Assembly: GCA_951406725.2 (NCBI GenBank)
Contig: OX597817.1
Location: 63,984,001-64,048,000 of the forward strand
Length of the DNA stretch: 64,000 nt
Direction of reading: 5' to 3'
Origin: Octopus vulgaris
Lineage: Eukaryota
Shown here: piece by piece, positions 53,873 through 63,376 of the stretch
Numbering within the stretch: the stretch's first letter is position 1
Layout: every line of letters begins with the position of its first letter
Position numbers and translations under genes: made by a program
The notes under the pieces: generated by a model
Databases searched by the model: none
The model's input: the letters and a program-made list of their open reading frames with translations, nothing else
Told to the model about the DNA's origin: nothing

Positions 53873-56800
53873 TTTATCATTTTTTCAAAATTTTCCATAC
53901 ACCCATTTTCATTAAAATTTTCTTTCAATTTAGCATTCTGCCTTTTTACAATTTTCCTTGCCTATCATTTCTCCACGTGCGGTCAACACAACCCCACCAT
54001 TTATTGATTTATATATATATATATATATATATAATCATCATCATTATAATTTAATATCCCTTTTCCATGTCGGCATGGGTTGGATTGTTCAACAGAATCT
54101 GACAAGCTGAAGGACTGCATCATCCTCCAACTGCTGTTTTGACATTGTTTCTAGAGTTGGATTCTCTTCCTGTGACAAAACACTGTGCTTTTTTCATAGA
54201 ATCAGTACTAGTGAGATCACCTTGCAAATTGCAAAACTGAGGACCTGGATGAGGCCCCTATGACTGAAGGGAAACAATAAAGAGAGAGGTGCAATGATTC
54301 CAGGTGAAGCGACAAGAGAAAATTAAGTATGAAGAGAGAAATAGCTTGATAGTTGTGAGAATGTGGTAATGGAGAGAGTAACAAAGTAGACACTATTGAG
54401 GAAGGGAGATGAACAGAACAAGAATAGGGTAAGAATTTGTATTAGGTGTTAGTAAAAAAAAAAAAAAGAAAGACAGAGTACTAAGGTTAATAAGGTGGGT
54501 TACTTAGGGAGTTCCAGAGCTAACTCACATTATAAAGGGAAGTATGAACAGAAGGTACGAAGGAAAAATAACATGAAAGAGAAAGATAGATGGGCATATT
54601 GAGGATTTGGAGAGGGTCATTAAATATATACACACTCACCACCTCTCTGTATGCAACCAGGTTGAATGAATTCTGTTCGGTCATTCTTGGTATGGTAGAC
54701 GTAACCATTGGTAACATAGGCTATGTCCAAACCTGAGAGAAAAGTTGTAAATATGTATATAATGCAATATTATTTATTCTCAAACAGACACGCAAAGGAA
54801 AGCAAAGTGTGAAACAAATAAATTAATGAAATATCACATTTGTAGTAGATTTCTGAGATAGAATATGGATATGCGTATAAAAAGGGGAGACAAGGAAAAT
54901 ATGACATTTCTTCAAGTGAAACAATTAGATATAGGGTTATTTCATCTGCCAAAAATAGCAGCCAAATCACACCCTATTAGTTTAAAAATAAAGATACATT
55001 GCATGATGTGGGCTTTGATACACTATATATGAATAAAAAACTGAATGTTCATGACCAGAACACTTTTGACGATAAATCTCCTTAATTAGAGCTAAACTGG
55101 GACTAATATACATAACCATTACAACTGTCTTACACAAGCAGATAATCATTACCAGCAATAGCACCTTTGATAATTCTCAATCTTCAATCATTCATCAGAC
55201 AAAACTCAAGTCATTTCAATTTACTAACTATGGATCCTCTGTCTTCACAACTATATAATCTCACTCTGATATACTCATAGTATTTTATTATATTCTGATG
55301 ACATCTGCACATGAAAGAAATATTTCTGTGAGTCAAACCTTCAAATTTCAACTCGCATTTAAACAATGACTTTTCCATCTTCTCTGGTATATTATATTCA
55401 AGAATACTTTAACCAAAATTTTCGTGCATTTTAAAAATAGTTGTATACAATTTAAAAGAGATTTGGCTGAAATTTTGGTAAGATGAGTATTAAACATAGA
55501 GGGCCAGTGTGCAGTATGGGTTCATAGATAGGTGAAGGAATGGTGCAACTGAATAGATCTGCTCAATGACTTTGAGCTACACAACAACTCATTTATTATT
55601 TATATATTTTCTTCCAAAATTTTTGTTGCTTTTGCAACCTTCTCAATGGATGTCAATGGAACATCCATTGACAAAGATGTAAATGCAACGAAAATTTTGT
55701 AAGAAAAAATATAATAAATGGGTGGAAATTGAACTGGTGAGTGTGTTAGATAATAAGGCATTAAGACAATATGACTCTCCCCAAACACAACATAAATTAT
55801 TATATTATTTCACCTTAAACTCATCAGTATGCAAACTGTCTCTCTGAAGCTCATGTTTCCTTTCAGTTCAGTCACTTTAAACATTTTTATTTTTACACCA
55901 TTTATATTTCACCGCCACAAAACATTATATTTCATAAAAAGTACTTGTCCCAGTGACACATAAAAGGTACCAATGCCAGTGACACAAAAGAGGCACCCGT
56001 ACTGGTAACACATAAAAGGCACTCGTGTCAGTGACATATGAAAAGCACCCAGTACACTGTGGAGTTGTTGGCATTAGGAAAGGCATCCAGCCATTAGACA
56101 CCAAGCCAAAACAGACTGGAGCCTGGTGCAGCTCTCTGACTTACTAGTCAAACTATCTCACCCACGCTAGCATGCAAAACAGATGCTAAATGATGATGAT
56201 GACGAAAAGCTCATCATACAACACATATTTATAAAACAAGAGTTTTTAAATTATTTTAGGCCATCTTTGGCTATTTTTCAAATGACCTAACATTAACAGT
56301 GCAGTTATTAATATGCAGACTCACAAGTCATGGAATTTCTTGACTCCCGCTACCTTCTCAGATTTGTACTGTTTTACATTATCAGTGTTTTGATTTTGAG
56401 AATGATGAATATAGTAACAGAAAAATTGATTTCTTTCTATTACAAACTCTTACATATAATCCTCATTACCAAACAAAGTCAACAACACACGTCTTTACCA
56501 GAAGTGTAGAGTTGATATAGTGGAGGCTCCTTACGTCTGTTCACACACACCTGTATACTTTGAAGTTCTCTGCTAATAATAGATTACTTCATTTTATATG
56601 TTAGTCAAGGGAGAAGTGACAACACACAAGGTCTTTAGGCTCTGTTCCAAAACTGTTGAGATTAATGTGGGCTATGCCCAGCTTGAACATCAGCAGGTCA
56701 ATGTCAAGAGGACAAACAGAAACAAGGAGAGAACTGGGCTCCAGTCCAAATGCTTACAACAGAGAGAACCCCTACAAGAAACATTGGAAGACCTGGCAGT

Positions 56801-58625
56801 GGTGATGATGTTACACAGATCAGTGTGTTCAGCTAAGCGTAGTTCCCTATTTCAGAATAAAAACCATTCAAATAGTTAAATACCCACTCTAGGCTGAAAA
56901 GAGCAAAAATTACAAAAGGTAAGTGAAGTTTCTGTTTCTTCAAACTTAGCAGAACTTAGGAAACAGGTTTCTGCAACTACTTCAGAGTATCATATCTTTT
57001 ATTGGTATACAATAGCAGTTGATTCAACTGATGTGTAACACCTGAAGTTTTACTTGTTTATTTATAGAATCTAATTTTCAAAGGTAACATATAACAAGGA
57101 GCTTTACAAGATTGATTGTTATAATAACTGTGTTTTGCTGCTAATTCATTTTAAAAAATATCTATGAACCACAGAAACATAAATACATAAACAAATTCAG
57201 CATGTATGACTTTATGCCTCTTACTCTGTCCCAATCTCTGTCCTCTTTCTTCCCTTACCTCAGCTGTCCTAATTTCTCTCTCTCTCTCTCTTGCTCCCCC
57301 CTCTCTCTGTCAGTCTGTCTTTACATCTTATTCTCTCCTATTTTCCCGCTCAATCTTTTCGTTTGTGCAGGTCTTTCACTTTCTTTCTAAGTCTCTCATT
57401 TCTCTCTCTCTCTCTTTCTCTCTCACTCCCTCTCTCTGTCACTGTCTAACTGTATCTTTCTTTTATCCCCCTCCCACTCATACAGAAACACATCTACACA
57501 GTCATTAGGCAACATATTACAAACTCACCTGGAATGTTTCCAAATTTTTGAAAAATTTGATAATCTGTATCAGATGGAACAAATCCACCTTGAAAGATTT
57601 CTTGCCCCAGGATTGAAGCAAAGGGATATTTTACTGATTTTGCATATGCTTGAATTAACCAAGGGTGCTGCGGACCTGAAAAAAATATATATCATATACA
57701 TATATATATATATCATATATCATGTGCGAGCATGTGTGCATTTGTGCATAACAATATTTTAACTATCATAAAGATAGCAACTAATGATTCTTTTTATTTA
57801 ACATGTTAGAGTTGTCATGGTTGTCATTGTTATTTAGTCACAAGTCAACCCTGATTCAGCAAACACTTCTTGTCATTACCAACCTGTCTTTTTACATACC
57901 TAAGATTGTACAAGCTGCTGTCACCTGTGACTGAGCATGGCTTAGCAACATGTATCATGCTTTCACTCATAGTTTTAGGTACATAGGTAATCTCAGCCCA
58001 CTCACCCTTGCCCCAGTAGAACAGGGGTGAGGAAACTTTTTGGTGCAGCAGGCAAAAATTTCCTAAGAAAAGGGTCCACGGGCGGATCACAGGTTCTAAT
58101 TCTTATATCTGTGTAAATCTTGTATATTTGTTTAATTTGATATACATTAATAAAGATAAGTTTAATACATTAAATTAACATATAACATCTTCATTAACAC
58201 TGCCACTGAATTTAAGACATTTATATTACTTATGAGGCGTGTGGTAAGTAGCTTGCTAACCAATCACATGGTTCCGGGTTCAGTCCCACTGCGTGGCATC
58301 TTGGGCAAGTGTCTTCTGCTATAGCCCCGGGCCGACCAATGCCTTGCGAGTGGATTTGGTAGACAGAAACTGAAAGAAGCCTGTCATATACATGTATATA
58401 TATATATGTGTGTGTGTTTGTGTTTGTCCCCCTAACATTGCTTGACAACCGATGCTGGTGTGTTTACGTCCCCGTCACTTAGCGGTTCGGCAAAAGAGAC
58501 CAATAGAATAAGTACTGGGCTTACAAAGAATAAGTCCCGGGTCGATTTGCTCGACTACAGGCGGTGCTCCAGCATGGCTGCAGTCAAATGACTGAAACAA
58601 GTAAAAGAGTAAAAGAGAGTAAAGA

Positions 58626-58660
<35 letters not shown>

Positions 58661-59758
58661 TGGGTACTGAAAAGTTCCTGACATTGAGTAAAAAGATACA
58701 GGAGGATCAGTTAATTGTGATTTCATTCAACATATTCTCCACTTAGATTCACACACTTATTGCAGTGGTCCTTCAGTTTTTCTAAGCCCTGTAAAGGAAA
58801 TCAGAAGGTTGGGCCTCTAGCCAGGCCTTTCATGATACCCTTAAACCCAGGAACTTTTCAGTACCCCCTCCCTCCCTCTCTCTCTCACACACACACGTGC
58901 AGCTTTGTGCTTCTTTGTTTCCTTCATCCACCCACAGTTTGACAACCCCTGTTGGTTTGTTTATGTTCCCACACCATAGCTGTTTGGCAAAAGATACCTG
59001 TAGAATAAGTACCAGATTTAAGAAATAAGTACAGGGTTGGTCTGTTCAACAAAAGCCCTTCAACATGGTGCCCCAGTACAACCACAGTCCAATGACTGAA
59101 ACAAGTAAAAGATAAAAGGTAAGCTGTTTGTTGTCACACACAATCTTGCCTTCCTTCATGTGTGTACAATGTTCTCTGTCAAGCCTTTGGTCAGAAATTT
59201 TGTATAAACTTAGTGCTTGCTAATAATTTAATTTATTTTTGTTGCTTCGTTGGAAAGATTTATTTTATTGGAAAGATTTCTTGTTTCTGTATCCTTGAGT
59301 CATTTGATTTACTATATGACTTAATTCATACAGGTTACAATGTGATACAAAAGTTCATATATAGTTAGGCTTGTGCTGACATTCATCATTTTATTTGCAT
59401 CTCAAATCCAACAGAAGAACCTTTTCTTATTTCAGTTATAGTTGGTAAAACCACTTATACATTATAAGCACTAGTAATAACATTTATTACCAGTAACACA
59501 TTAAATACTCTTTGTTTGTTTAGTCTTCAAATTTATTAATTGATGATAATGGTTTCATAAAAGTCACTCAAGGAAAGTTCTGTAAGGCAAAGACATATCA
59601 GAATCAAACCCCATATAGGCTAGTGGCTGTATGGTAAGAAGTTTATTTGCCAGCCACATGGTCTTGATTTCAGTCCCAATGTGGGGTAACTTGCCAAATG
59701 TCTTCTATTATAGCTCCCAGCCAACCAAAGCCTTATGAGTAGAAAGAAGCCAATCCTA

Positions 59759-59796
<38 letters not shown>

Positions 59797-62700
59797 TATG
59801 TATATGTGTGTGTGTGTGTGTGTGTGTATGTGTCAGTGTATTACTATCACCTTGTCTTGACTTCATATGAAGTAAACAGATGTCAGTATCATACAAGTAG
59901 TGTCCTTCAACTTCAATCTTTTCTCAAAACATGTCTAGTTATGGAGAATATCACCTTACTTGGAAACAGGTAAAGATTGGTAACAGGAAGGATATATTAT
60001 GTCACCAGATGATATCAATGAGGCCAGTAAATCTGAGGCAAGAATGTTACGTGATACCATCAACTCAGTACTCTTGACTGGTGATACTTTATTTTCAGAA
60101 GGATGAATTGCAAATCTGACCTCAGAATGTAAAGAACCAGAACAAATACTGCAAGAAATGTTTTCCAATACCCTAATGATTCTGACAATCCGTTACATAA
60201 ATAACAACAATAATAATAATGGTTTCAAATTTTGGCACAAAGCCAGCAATTTCAGGAGTAGGATATGTCAATTGTATCAACCTCAATACTTGACTGGTAC
60301 TTACTTTATCAGCCCCAAAAGGATGAAAGGCAAACTCAACCTTGGCAGAATTTGAACACAGAACATAAAGACAGATGAAATACTGCTCAATATTTTGTCC
60401 AGCATGCTAACAACTCTGCCAGTTCACTGCTTCAACAACAACAACAGCAGCAGCAACAATAACAACAACAACAATAATAATAATAATAATAATAATGCTG
60501 AGACCCCTTTTAGTTATGACTGACCATGGGATTGCACCTGAAAGTTACCCTCTCAAGCACAACTCCAAGCAAGGTTGTTTATGGAAGACCAGGAGTCGCC
60601 CATGCATACCAGCCTCCCCTCTCCATGCCACTGATGTTATCTGAGGGAAAGGCTTAATAATAATAATTATTATTATTATTATTATTATTATTATCATTAT
60701 TATTATCATTATTATTATAATCCCTTCTACTATAGGCACAGGCCTGAAATTTTGTGGGGAGAGGAATAGTCGATTACAGCAACCAGTATTTCACTGGTAC
60801 TTAATTTATCAACCCTGAAAAGATTAAAGGCAAAGTCAACCTTGGTGTAATTTGAACATTTGAACTCAGATAGTCAAAACACCCAGCTAAGCACTTTGTC
60901 CAGCATGCTAACAATTCTGCCAGCTCACTGCCTAAACAACAGCAGCAACAACAGCAACAATAACAATAATAATAATAATAAAAATTAAAATACCATACCA
61001 GCTTGAAATACTATCTCCCATCCACCAGCTCCAGCTGCATCCAGGTTGACAAAGGCACGGATTGTTTTTGCCCATCGATGCTGCGTGATGAATCCATGGC
61101 TAGCCTTAAATATATAATTTTTTTTAAATAGAAGAAGAAAAAACTCAACAAATTCCAATGATAGTACATTGACAACCAACACTTGTAGATGAAGGAGCAG
61201 TTTCCTAGCTTTCGTTGACCTCATACAGATATATGTCAAGAGTGTGAAGTATTTTGATGTGGTGTCATGTGACATGCAACAGAGTTACTAGTGTTCAACC
61301 ACAGGTCAGCCCTGTTCAAGCAGACTTATAATCAAAAGCATTACAGCTACAATCATTCTCTCATTTTTCCGTCTAAGTATGTCTAAGTATGACAATGTTC
61401 TCACAATAGTAAGATATGATCTGAGAGAAATTTGCTTTCTATTGTTATCAAACTAAATTGTCCACCTAGAGTTGACATGGATAACTCAAATTGGCACTGC
61501 ATTTGAACCACATGCAGCTCTTTCTGACTCTCTGAATGACAGACATAATGTCATGATTATATAAAACAATACCCTTTACTAAAATTTTGTAACAGGCATG
61601 GCTAGACACAGGTATGGCAATGTGGTTAAGAAGCACATTTAACAACCACATGATTTCAGGTTCATTCCCAAAAACATGATACCTTGGGCAAGTGTCTTCA
61701 TCTATAGCCTTGGGCCAACCAATGATTCAAGTGAATTTGGTGGACAGAAACTGTGTAGAGATGAGGTCTTATGATAAATTATGGATACAGCATATTCAGA
61801 TGATAACAAAGTTCATTTCTCAATTACTAGCTCCCTGGTTCAATTTCCATCTTGGAAAAGTACCTTTTTGTGGTCTTTAACAAAACTAAACCTTATGAAT
61901 TGGACAAACAGACAGACTGAACTGAAGCCTGTTGGGTGGATGGTGCCTTGATTCAGATGTCCAACCATGTCACATACTTTGTCATGCTGATTCTACCTGA
62001 GAATTTCATTAAAGGTAGACATATCAGTGGAATACTCAGCCACTTACCTGCTAATTCAATGAGCAGATAGTTCAGTTGATAGAACAACTGAATATTCATC
62101 AACAAAATCAACAAAGAAGTGTACACTTAGTTATCATGAATTAAACACCACCAAATGAATAAAAAATTTCAAATATTTGTTTCAAACTAAATACAGATGA
62201 ATATAGCAAGTACAGAAGATTTTAAAGTATAAACAGACTCTACTGCCTACACCCAAGAATTTATCACTGACATTAATATTATAAACGATAATAATAGCAA
62301 TCAAGCCAAGAAGGGAACCTCTGCATGGGCACCCAACTTGCTGGAAATAACAGTCAAATTCCCACTAAACCACAACCCACCATCTTAAAAAAGGAAGTAT
62401 ATATTGGATAATGTAGTTCTAGATATCCTGTGTCTGTTAAAATACAGGATACCCACTGCTGGAAAATCTTTGGTCATAGGTCTAGTGGATTATGGCTGAC
62501 TTGAGCAGTCCCATCAACAACAACAAAATCCTACAGAGAAAAGAAAAAGCAAGATGACCAAGTGGATAGGATATTAAATAGCAATTCAAAAGATTGTGAG
62601 TTCAAATCCACTGAAGTGTCTCATAATGTTTTATTCATTCAACATTAGATCATATGGGACTACTACCTTCAATAGACCAGCATCTAGGCGAAACTTTGTT

Positions 62701-63376
62701 ATTTGTTCAGCATCATGACACCAGAACTATGCATAGTGATGCTTAAAATCTGCTGGAATTCAAGAGGTTGTTTACACATCTACATCTTTTATCTTTCTTT
62801 TATATTTTGCTTGTTTTAATCACTGGACAGTATGTCCAGTGATTAAAAATCCTTTGAGGTGGTACCCCTTCACAAAGGATTTAGTTGAACAAATCAATCC
62901 CAGTAATTATTATTTTGTTTTTCTCAAACTTGGTACTCCTTCTACTGGTCCTTTTTGTTGAAGCACTAAGTAACAGGAACATAAACAAATCAACAGTGGT
63001 TAACACACACACACACACACACACACATACGATGGGCTTCCACACAGCTTTCATCTACCAAATTCATTCACAAGGCATTGGTTGACCCAAGGCTATAATA
63101 GTGCAAAATACTTGTCCAAGATGCTATGCAGTGGAATTGAACCCAAAACTACATGGTTGCAAAGCAAAATTCTTAAACACACAGTCATGCCTGTACAAGG
63201 CCACTACAAAAGAAAATAGTAATTCAAAGACAACAGATTCAAACATACCTGCAACATATTCTCTTCGGCGCTGTTAAAAAGGAAGATTATACTATGCCGC
63301 AAAGGTGTGCTCCTCTGGGACAAAGAACGTAAGACCTCAAGCATCACAGCACAACTAGAAGCATCATCACCAGCAC
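13634..63376 (-). CDS. ERMP1: ER metallopeptidase 1 (M28 family, ERMP1/FXNA-like), spliced, 5'-partial; 13 coding exons in window
   Basis: Manual splicing gives one open frame with all GT-AG introns and matching phases. M28 motifs GAGDD, FNSAEE, NLDAAG, SDTD and YHT are followed by multiple TM segments and a C-terminus ending [18 protein letters not shown], similar to vertebrate ERMP1 as I recall it. Confidence 0.95.
14040..14470 (+). mobile_element. CR1-group (L2/Crack/Daphne-like) LINE 3' end
   Basis: [17 protein letters not shown]...[14 protein letters not shown]...FKSNV ORF2 C-terminal motifs; A-rich tail. Confidence 0.75.
15947..16927 (-). mobile_element. Non-autonomous Helitron
   Basis: Minus strand begins A|TC and ends with hairpin cccgg..ctggg plus CTAG|T; 5' gtttgtttgt tract. 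Confidence 0.75.
16946..17575. repeat. Nested direct duplications (~125-bp unit at 16946 and 17445; ~123-bp tandem at 17045 and 17168)
   Basis: Near-identical sequence on direct comparison. Confidence 0.85.
17845..18073 (+). mobile_element. RTE LINE 3'UTR fragment with (GAT)n tail
   Basis: gtggttggcgttaggaagggcatccagctgtagaaa...gacgttaaacgatgatgatg; same sequence ends the RTE ORF copies at 22376 and 27808. Confidence 0.8.
19045..19790 (-). mobile_element. Cluster of SINE family A fragments including a ~150-bp direct duplication (period ~198 bp)
   Basis: 19102-19253 is repeated at 19299-19451. Confidence 0.75.
21526..22369 (+). mobile_element. Foldback mariner derivative with ~240-bp inverted repeats, both ends derived from the 5' end
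   Basis: TA-flanked; arms 21526-~21765 and ~22125-22369 are reverse complements; internal [11 protein letters not shown]...[18 protein letters not shown]. Confidence 0.88.
22376..22875 (+). mobile_element. RTE LINE 3' fragment (ORF C-terminus and 3'UTR)
   Basis: [10 protein letters not shown]...[16 protein letters not shown] followed by the common 3'UTR and GAT tail. Confidence 0.8.
23175..23359 (-). CDS. ERMP1: ERMP1 exon (185 nt): [23 protein letters not shown]...[22 protein letters not shown]
   Basis: ttctag|GT acceptor and ACT|gtaag donor; GPxHM, WSL and YFIYYSH motifs. Confidence 0.93.
23805..24087 (+). mobile_element. RTE 3'UTR fragment
   Basis: Same 3'UTR and GAT tail, between (TA)n arrays. 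Confidence 0.8.
24264..24517 (-). mobile_element. tRNA-headed SINE-like element carrying a hammerhead ribozyme
   Basis: Minus strand: A box TGGCGGAGTGG, B box GAGTTCGATTCC, (AAT/AAC)n linker, then HHR, then tgtaaataatgtaaa tail. Confidence 0.8.
24316..24361 (-). ncRNA. Minimal type I hammerhead ribozyme motif
   Basis: aacac-CTGATGA-a-ggctg[gagggtatat]cagtc-GAAA-tgtt-gtgtt; stem I 5 bp, stem II 5 bp including one GU. Confidence 0.72.
24986..25358 (+). mobile_element. Non-autonomous Helitron
   Basis: A|TC start; 3' hairpin ccgagcaacgccggg plus CTAG|T; internal direct repeats. Confidence 0.8.
27808..30181 (+). mobile_element. RTE-clade LINE, decayed and internally deleted (AP endonuclease, RT, 3'UTR)
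   Basis: [22 protein letters not shown] (APE); [35 protein letters not shown] (RT); several stops; (GAT)n tail. Confidence 0.93.
30236..30351 (-). CDS. ERMP1: ERMP1 exon (116 nt): [39 protein letters not shown]
   Basis: atgcag|G acceptor and G|gtaag donor; phase 2 to phase 1 fits. Confidence 0.9.
30860..31065 (-). CDS. ERMP1: ERMP1 exon (206 nt): [21 protein letters not shown]...[20 protein letters not shown]
   Basis: ttacag|CAT acceptor and AG|gtaac donor; DSGIW and CGxP motifs. Confidence 0.92.
31930..32260. repeat. Degenerate minisatellite of aacaacactggcaaaccactgt-like units
   Basis: Recurrent aacactagcaa/actggcaa motifs. Confidence 0.6.
32268..32400 (+). mobile_element. maT (DD37D) transposase fragment
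   Basis: [25 protein letters not shown]...WQQDFAP; same family as 50077-50700. Confidence 0.75.
33913..34068 (-). CDS. ERMP1: ERMP1 exon (156 nt): [20 protein letters not shown]...[19 protein letters not shown]
   Basis: tttag|GCT acceptor and AAA|gtaag donor; FPYS motif. Confidence 0.9.
34927..35317 (-). mobile_element. SINE family B (tRNA head, internal (TA)n, gtaaaaga tail)
   Basis: Closely matches copies at 52921, 53433 and 58235. Confidence 0.85.
35392..35461 (+). ncRNA. Type I hammerhead ribozyme, copy 1 (core CTGAAAA variant)
   Basis: cctg/cagg stem I; agactt/aagtct stem II capped by a tagcaaat/atttgcta hairpin; GAAA; acc-att-ggt stem III; GTC cleavage triplet. Confidence 0.75.
35857..35926 (+). 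ncRNA. Type I hammerhead ribozyme, copy 2 (core CTGAAGA intact, stem II mutated)
   Basis: cctg-CTGAAGA-agactt...aaatat-GAAAC-tattg-GTC-cagg. Confidence 0.72.
36628..36845. repeat. (GATT)/(GACA)/(GATA)n compound microsatellite
   Basis: Visible tandem repeats. Confidence 0.9.
36880..37850 (+). mobile_element. Decayed Tc1-like transposon
   Basis: [17 protein letters not shown] and DSxYSxxHLW-like remnants of a Tc1 transposase. Confidence 0.7.
39584..39702 (+). pseudogene. Diverged 5S rRNA copy (pseudogene or SINE3-type head)
   Basis: ~119 nt resembling 5S: cttacagcc...gttcttgttcgatcaccaaagttaagc...gtactt...gggtgaccgcttgggaa...gtgctgtaagc; TTTT shortly after; many CpG-type substitutions. Confidence 0.85.
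39719..40031 (+). mobile_element. tRNA-derived SINE (family C)
   Basis: A box tggctcagtgg, B box gagtttaattcc; its 3' half recurs on the minus strand at 60500-60653. Confidence 0.75.
40864..41054 (-). CDS. ERMP1: ERMP1 exon (191 nt): [11 protein letters not shown]...[18 protein letters not shown]...SGFS
   Basis: tttcag|GT acceptor and AGT|gtaag donor; PIMGRxG..PD motif. Confidence 0.92.
41580..41930 (-). mobile_element. Old RTE-like LINE ORF C-terminal fragment
   Basis: LLYDSE...ISNEKLY...LRWIKH...PKNTW-like remnants with stops. Confidence 0.5.
42350..42740. repeat. Degenerate AT-rich minisatellite (attaattaaacat... units)
   Basis: More than ten recurrences of aattaaaca. Confidence 0.65.
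44074..44239 (-). CDS. ERMP1: ERMP1 exon (166 nt): [55 protein letters not shown]
   Basis: cccag|AAT acceptor after a polypyrimidine tract and G|gtgag donor; phase fits both neighbours. Confidence 0.9.
45490..46365 (-). mobile_element. Array of about four SINE family A copies in the same orientation
   Basis: Repeated caactggtactt...aaaggatgaaaggcaaag...gaactcagaac...aagcattttg. Confidence 0.75.
46562..46791 (-). CDS. ERMP1: ERMP1 exon (230 nt), TM region: [16 protein letters not shown]...AMSWYNHS...HFLYK
   Basis: tttag|GT acceptor and AAA|gtaag donor; MSWY motif, hydrophobic segments. Confidence 0.9.
47168..47531 (+). mobile_element. Non-autonomous Helitron
   Basis: A|TC start; 3' hairpin gacccagcgttaccgggtc plus CTAG|T. 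Confidence 0.8.
48070..48262 (+). mobile_element. Helentron/DINE-1-like non-autonomous element end
   Basis: aagtttcatc...acaaacaaacaaacac...aatacctccg..gtggagataa terminal stem-loop. Confidence 0.55.
48336..48554 (-). CDS. ERMP1: ERMP1 exon (219 nt): [13 protein letters not shown]...[18 protein letters not shown]...SSK
   Basis: ttcaag|GT acceptor and G|gtgag donor; [11 protein letters not shown] motif. Confidence 0.93.
50077..50700 (+). mobile_element. maT (DD37D) transposon, internally deleted
   Basis: ta|cagggcgc terminus; QQD...NTLD with 37 residues between the Asp residues (counted). Confidence 0.85.
50761..50853 (-). mobile_element. ~90-bp 3' end of the CR1 family at 1752, flanked by a ~40-bp direct repeat
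   Basis: Nearly identical to 1753-1844; atgtgacagtttaa(c/t)ataatagcaatgatatatata on both sides. Confidence 0.88.
50996..51120 (+). mobile_element. 5'-truncated copy of the hammerhead-bearing SINE-like element
   Basis: Reverse complement of 24264-24390. Confidence 0.85.
51020..51065 (+). ncRNA. Minimal type I hammerhead ribozyme motif (intact core)
   Basis: gacac-CTGATGA-a-ggctg[gaggatgtat]cagcc-GAAA-cgtt-gtgtt; palindromic AACGTT in place of a stem III loop. Confidence 0.8.
51582..51945. repeat. Inverted repeat (51582-~51710 vs ~51797-51945), right arm bounded by (TA)n
   Basis: ccatctactacaatcccactcagttaagaag / cttcttaactgagtggggttgtagtagatgg and flanking matches. Confidence 0.8.
51977..52885 (+). 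mobile_element. rosa/DD41D-like Tc1-mariner transposon, decayed and 3'-truncated
   Basis: agggtgtcccaaaa terminus; [33 protein letters not shown]; third Asp missing, so spacing was not checked. Confidence 0.75.
52921..53325 (-). mobile_element. SINE family B
   Basis: Near full-length match to the other copies. Confidence 0.85.
53433..53831 (-). mobile_element. SINE family B
   Basis: Full-length match to the other copies. Confidence 0.85.
54640..54732 (-). CDS. ERMP1: ERMP1 exon (93 nt): [31 protein letters not shown]
   Basis: ctcag|GT acceptor and G|gtgag donor; YHT metal-ligand motif. Confidence 0.95.
55945..56203 (+). mobile_element. RTE 3'UTR fragment with internal ccagtgacacataaaagg tandem units
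   Basis: Same 3'UTR and GAT tail. Confidence 0.75.
57529..57675 (-). CDS. ERMP1: ERMP1 exon (147 nt): [49 protein letters not shown]
   Basis: ttcag|GT acceptor and G|gtgag donor; SDTD motif; translated by hand, not in the ORF track. Confidence 0.95.
58235..58627 (+). mobile_element. SINE family B
   Basis: gtggtaagtagc...gggttcagtcc head; gactgaaacaagtaaaagagta tail. Confidence 0.85.
58657..58870 (-). mobile_element. mariner-derived MITE, second copy
   Basis: Reverse complement of 344-559; TIR gggtactgaaaagttcctg / caggaacttttcagtaccc. Confidence 0.8.
60040..60935 (-). mobile_element. Cluster of SINE family A copies with a family C 3' half (60500-60653) and AAT/AAC repeats
   Basis: Same motifs as the other family A and C copies. 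Confidence 0.7.
60999..61104 (-). CDS. ERMP1: ERMP1 exon (106 nt): [35 protein letters not shown]
   Basis: tttaag|GCT acceptor and G|gtatgg donor; frame continuous. Confidence 0.95.
63249..63376 (-). CDS. ERMP1: ERMP1 exon (first in window, 128 nt): [43 protein letters not shown]
   Basis: atag|GT acceptor and CAG|gtatg donor; M28 DD and EE motifs. Confidence 0.95.

Noticed and set aside
55160-55340. CTGATGA matches on both strands as hammerheads
   Set aside because: No properly placed GAAA or closing stems.
56598-56879. 93-aa ORF in a higher-complexity intronic stretch
   Set aside because: No motif; the ERMP1 frame is complete without it and nothing supports a nested gene.
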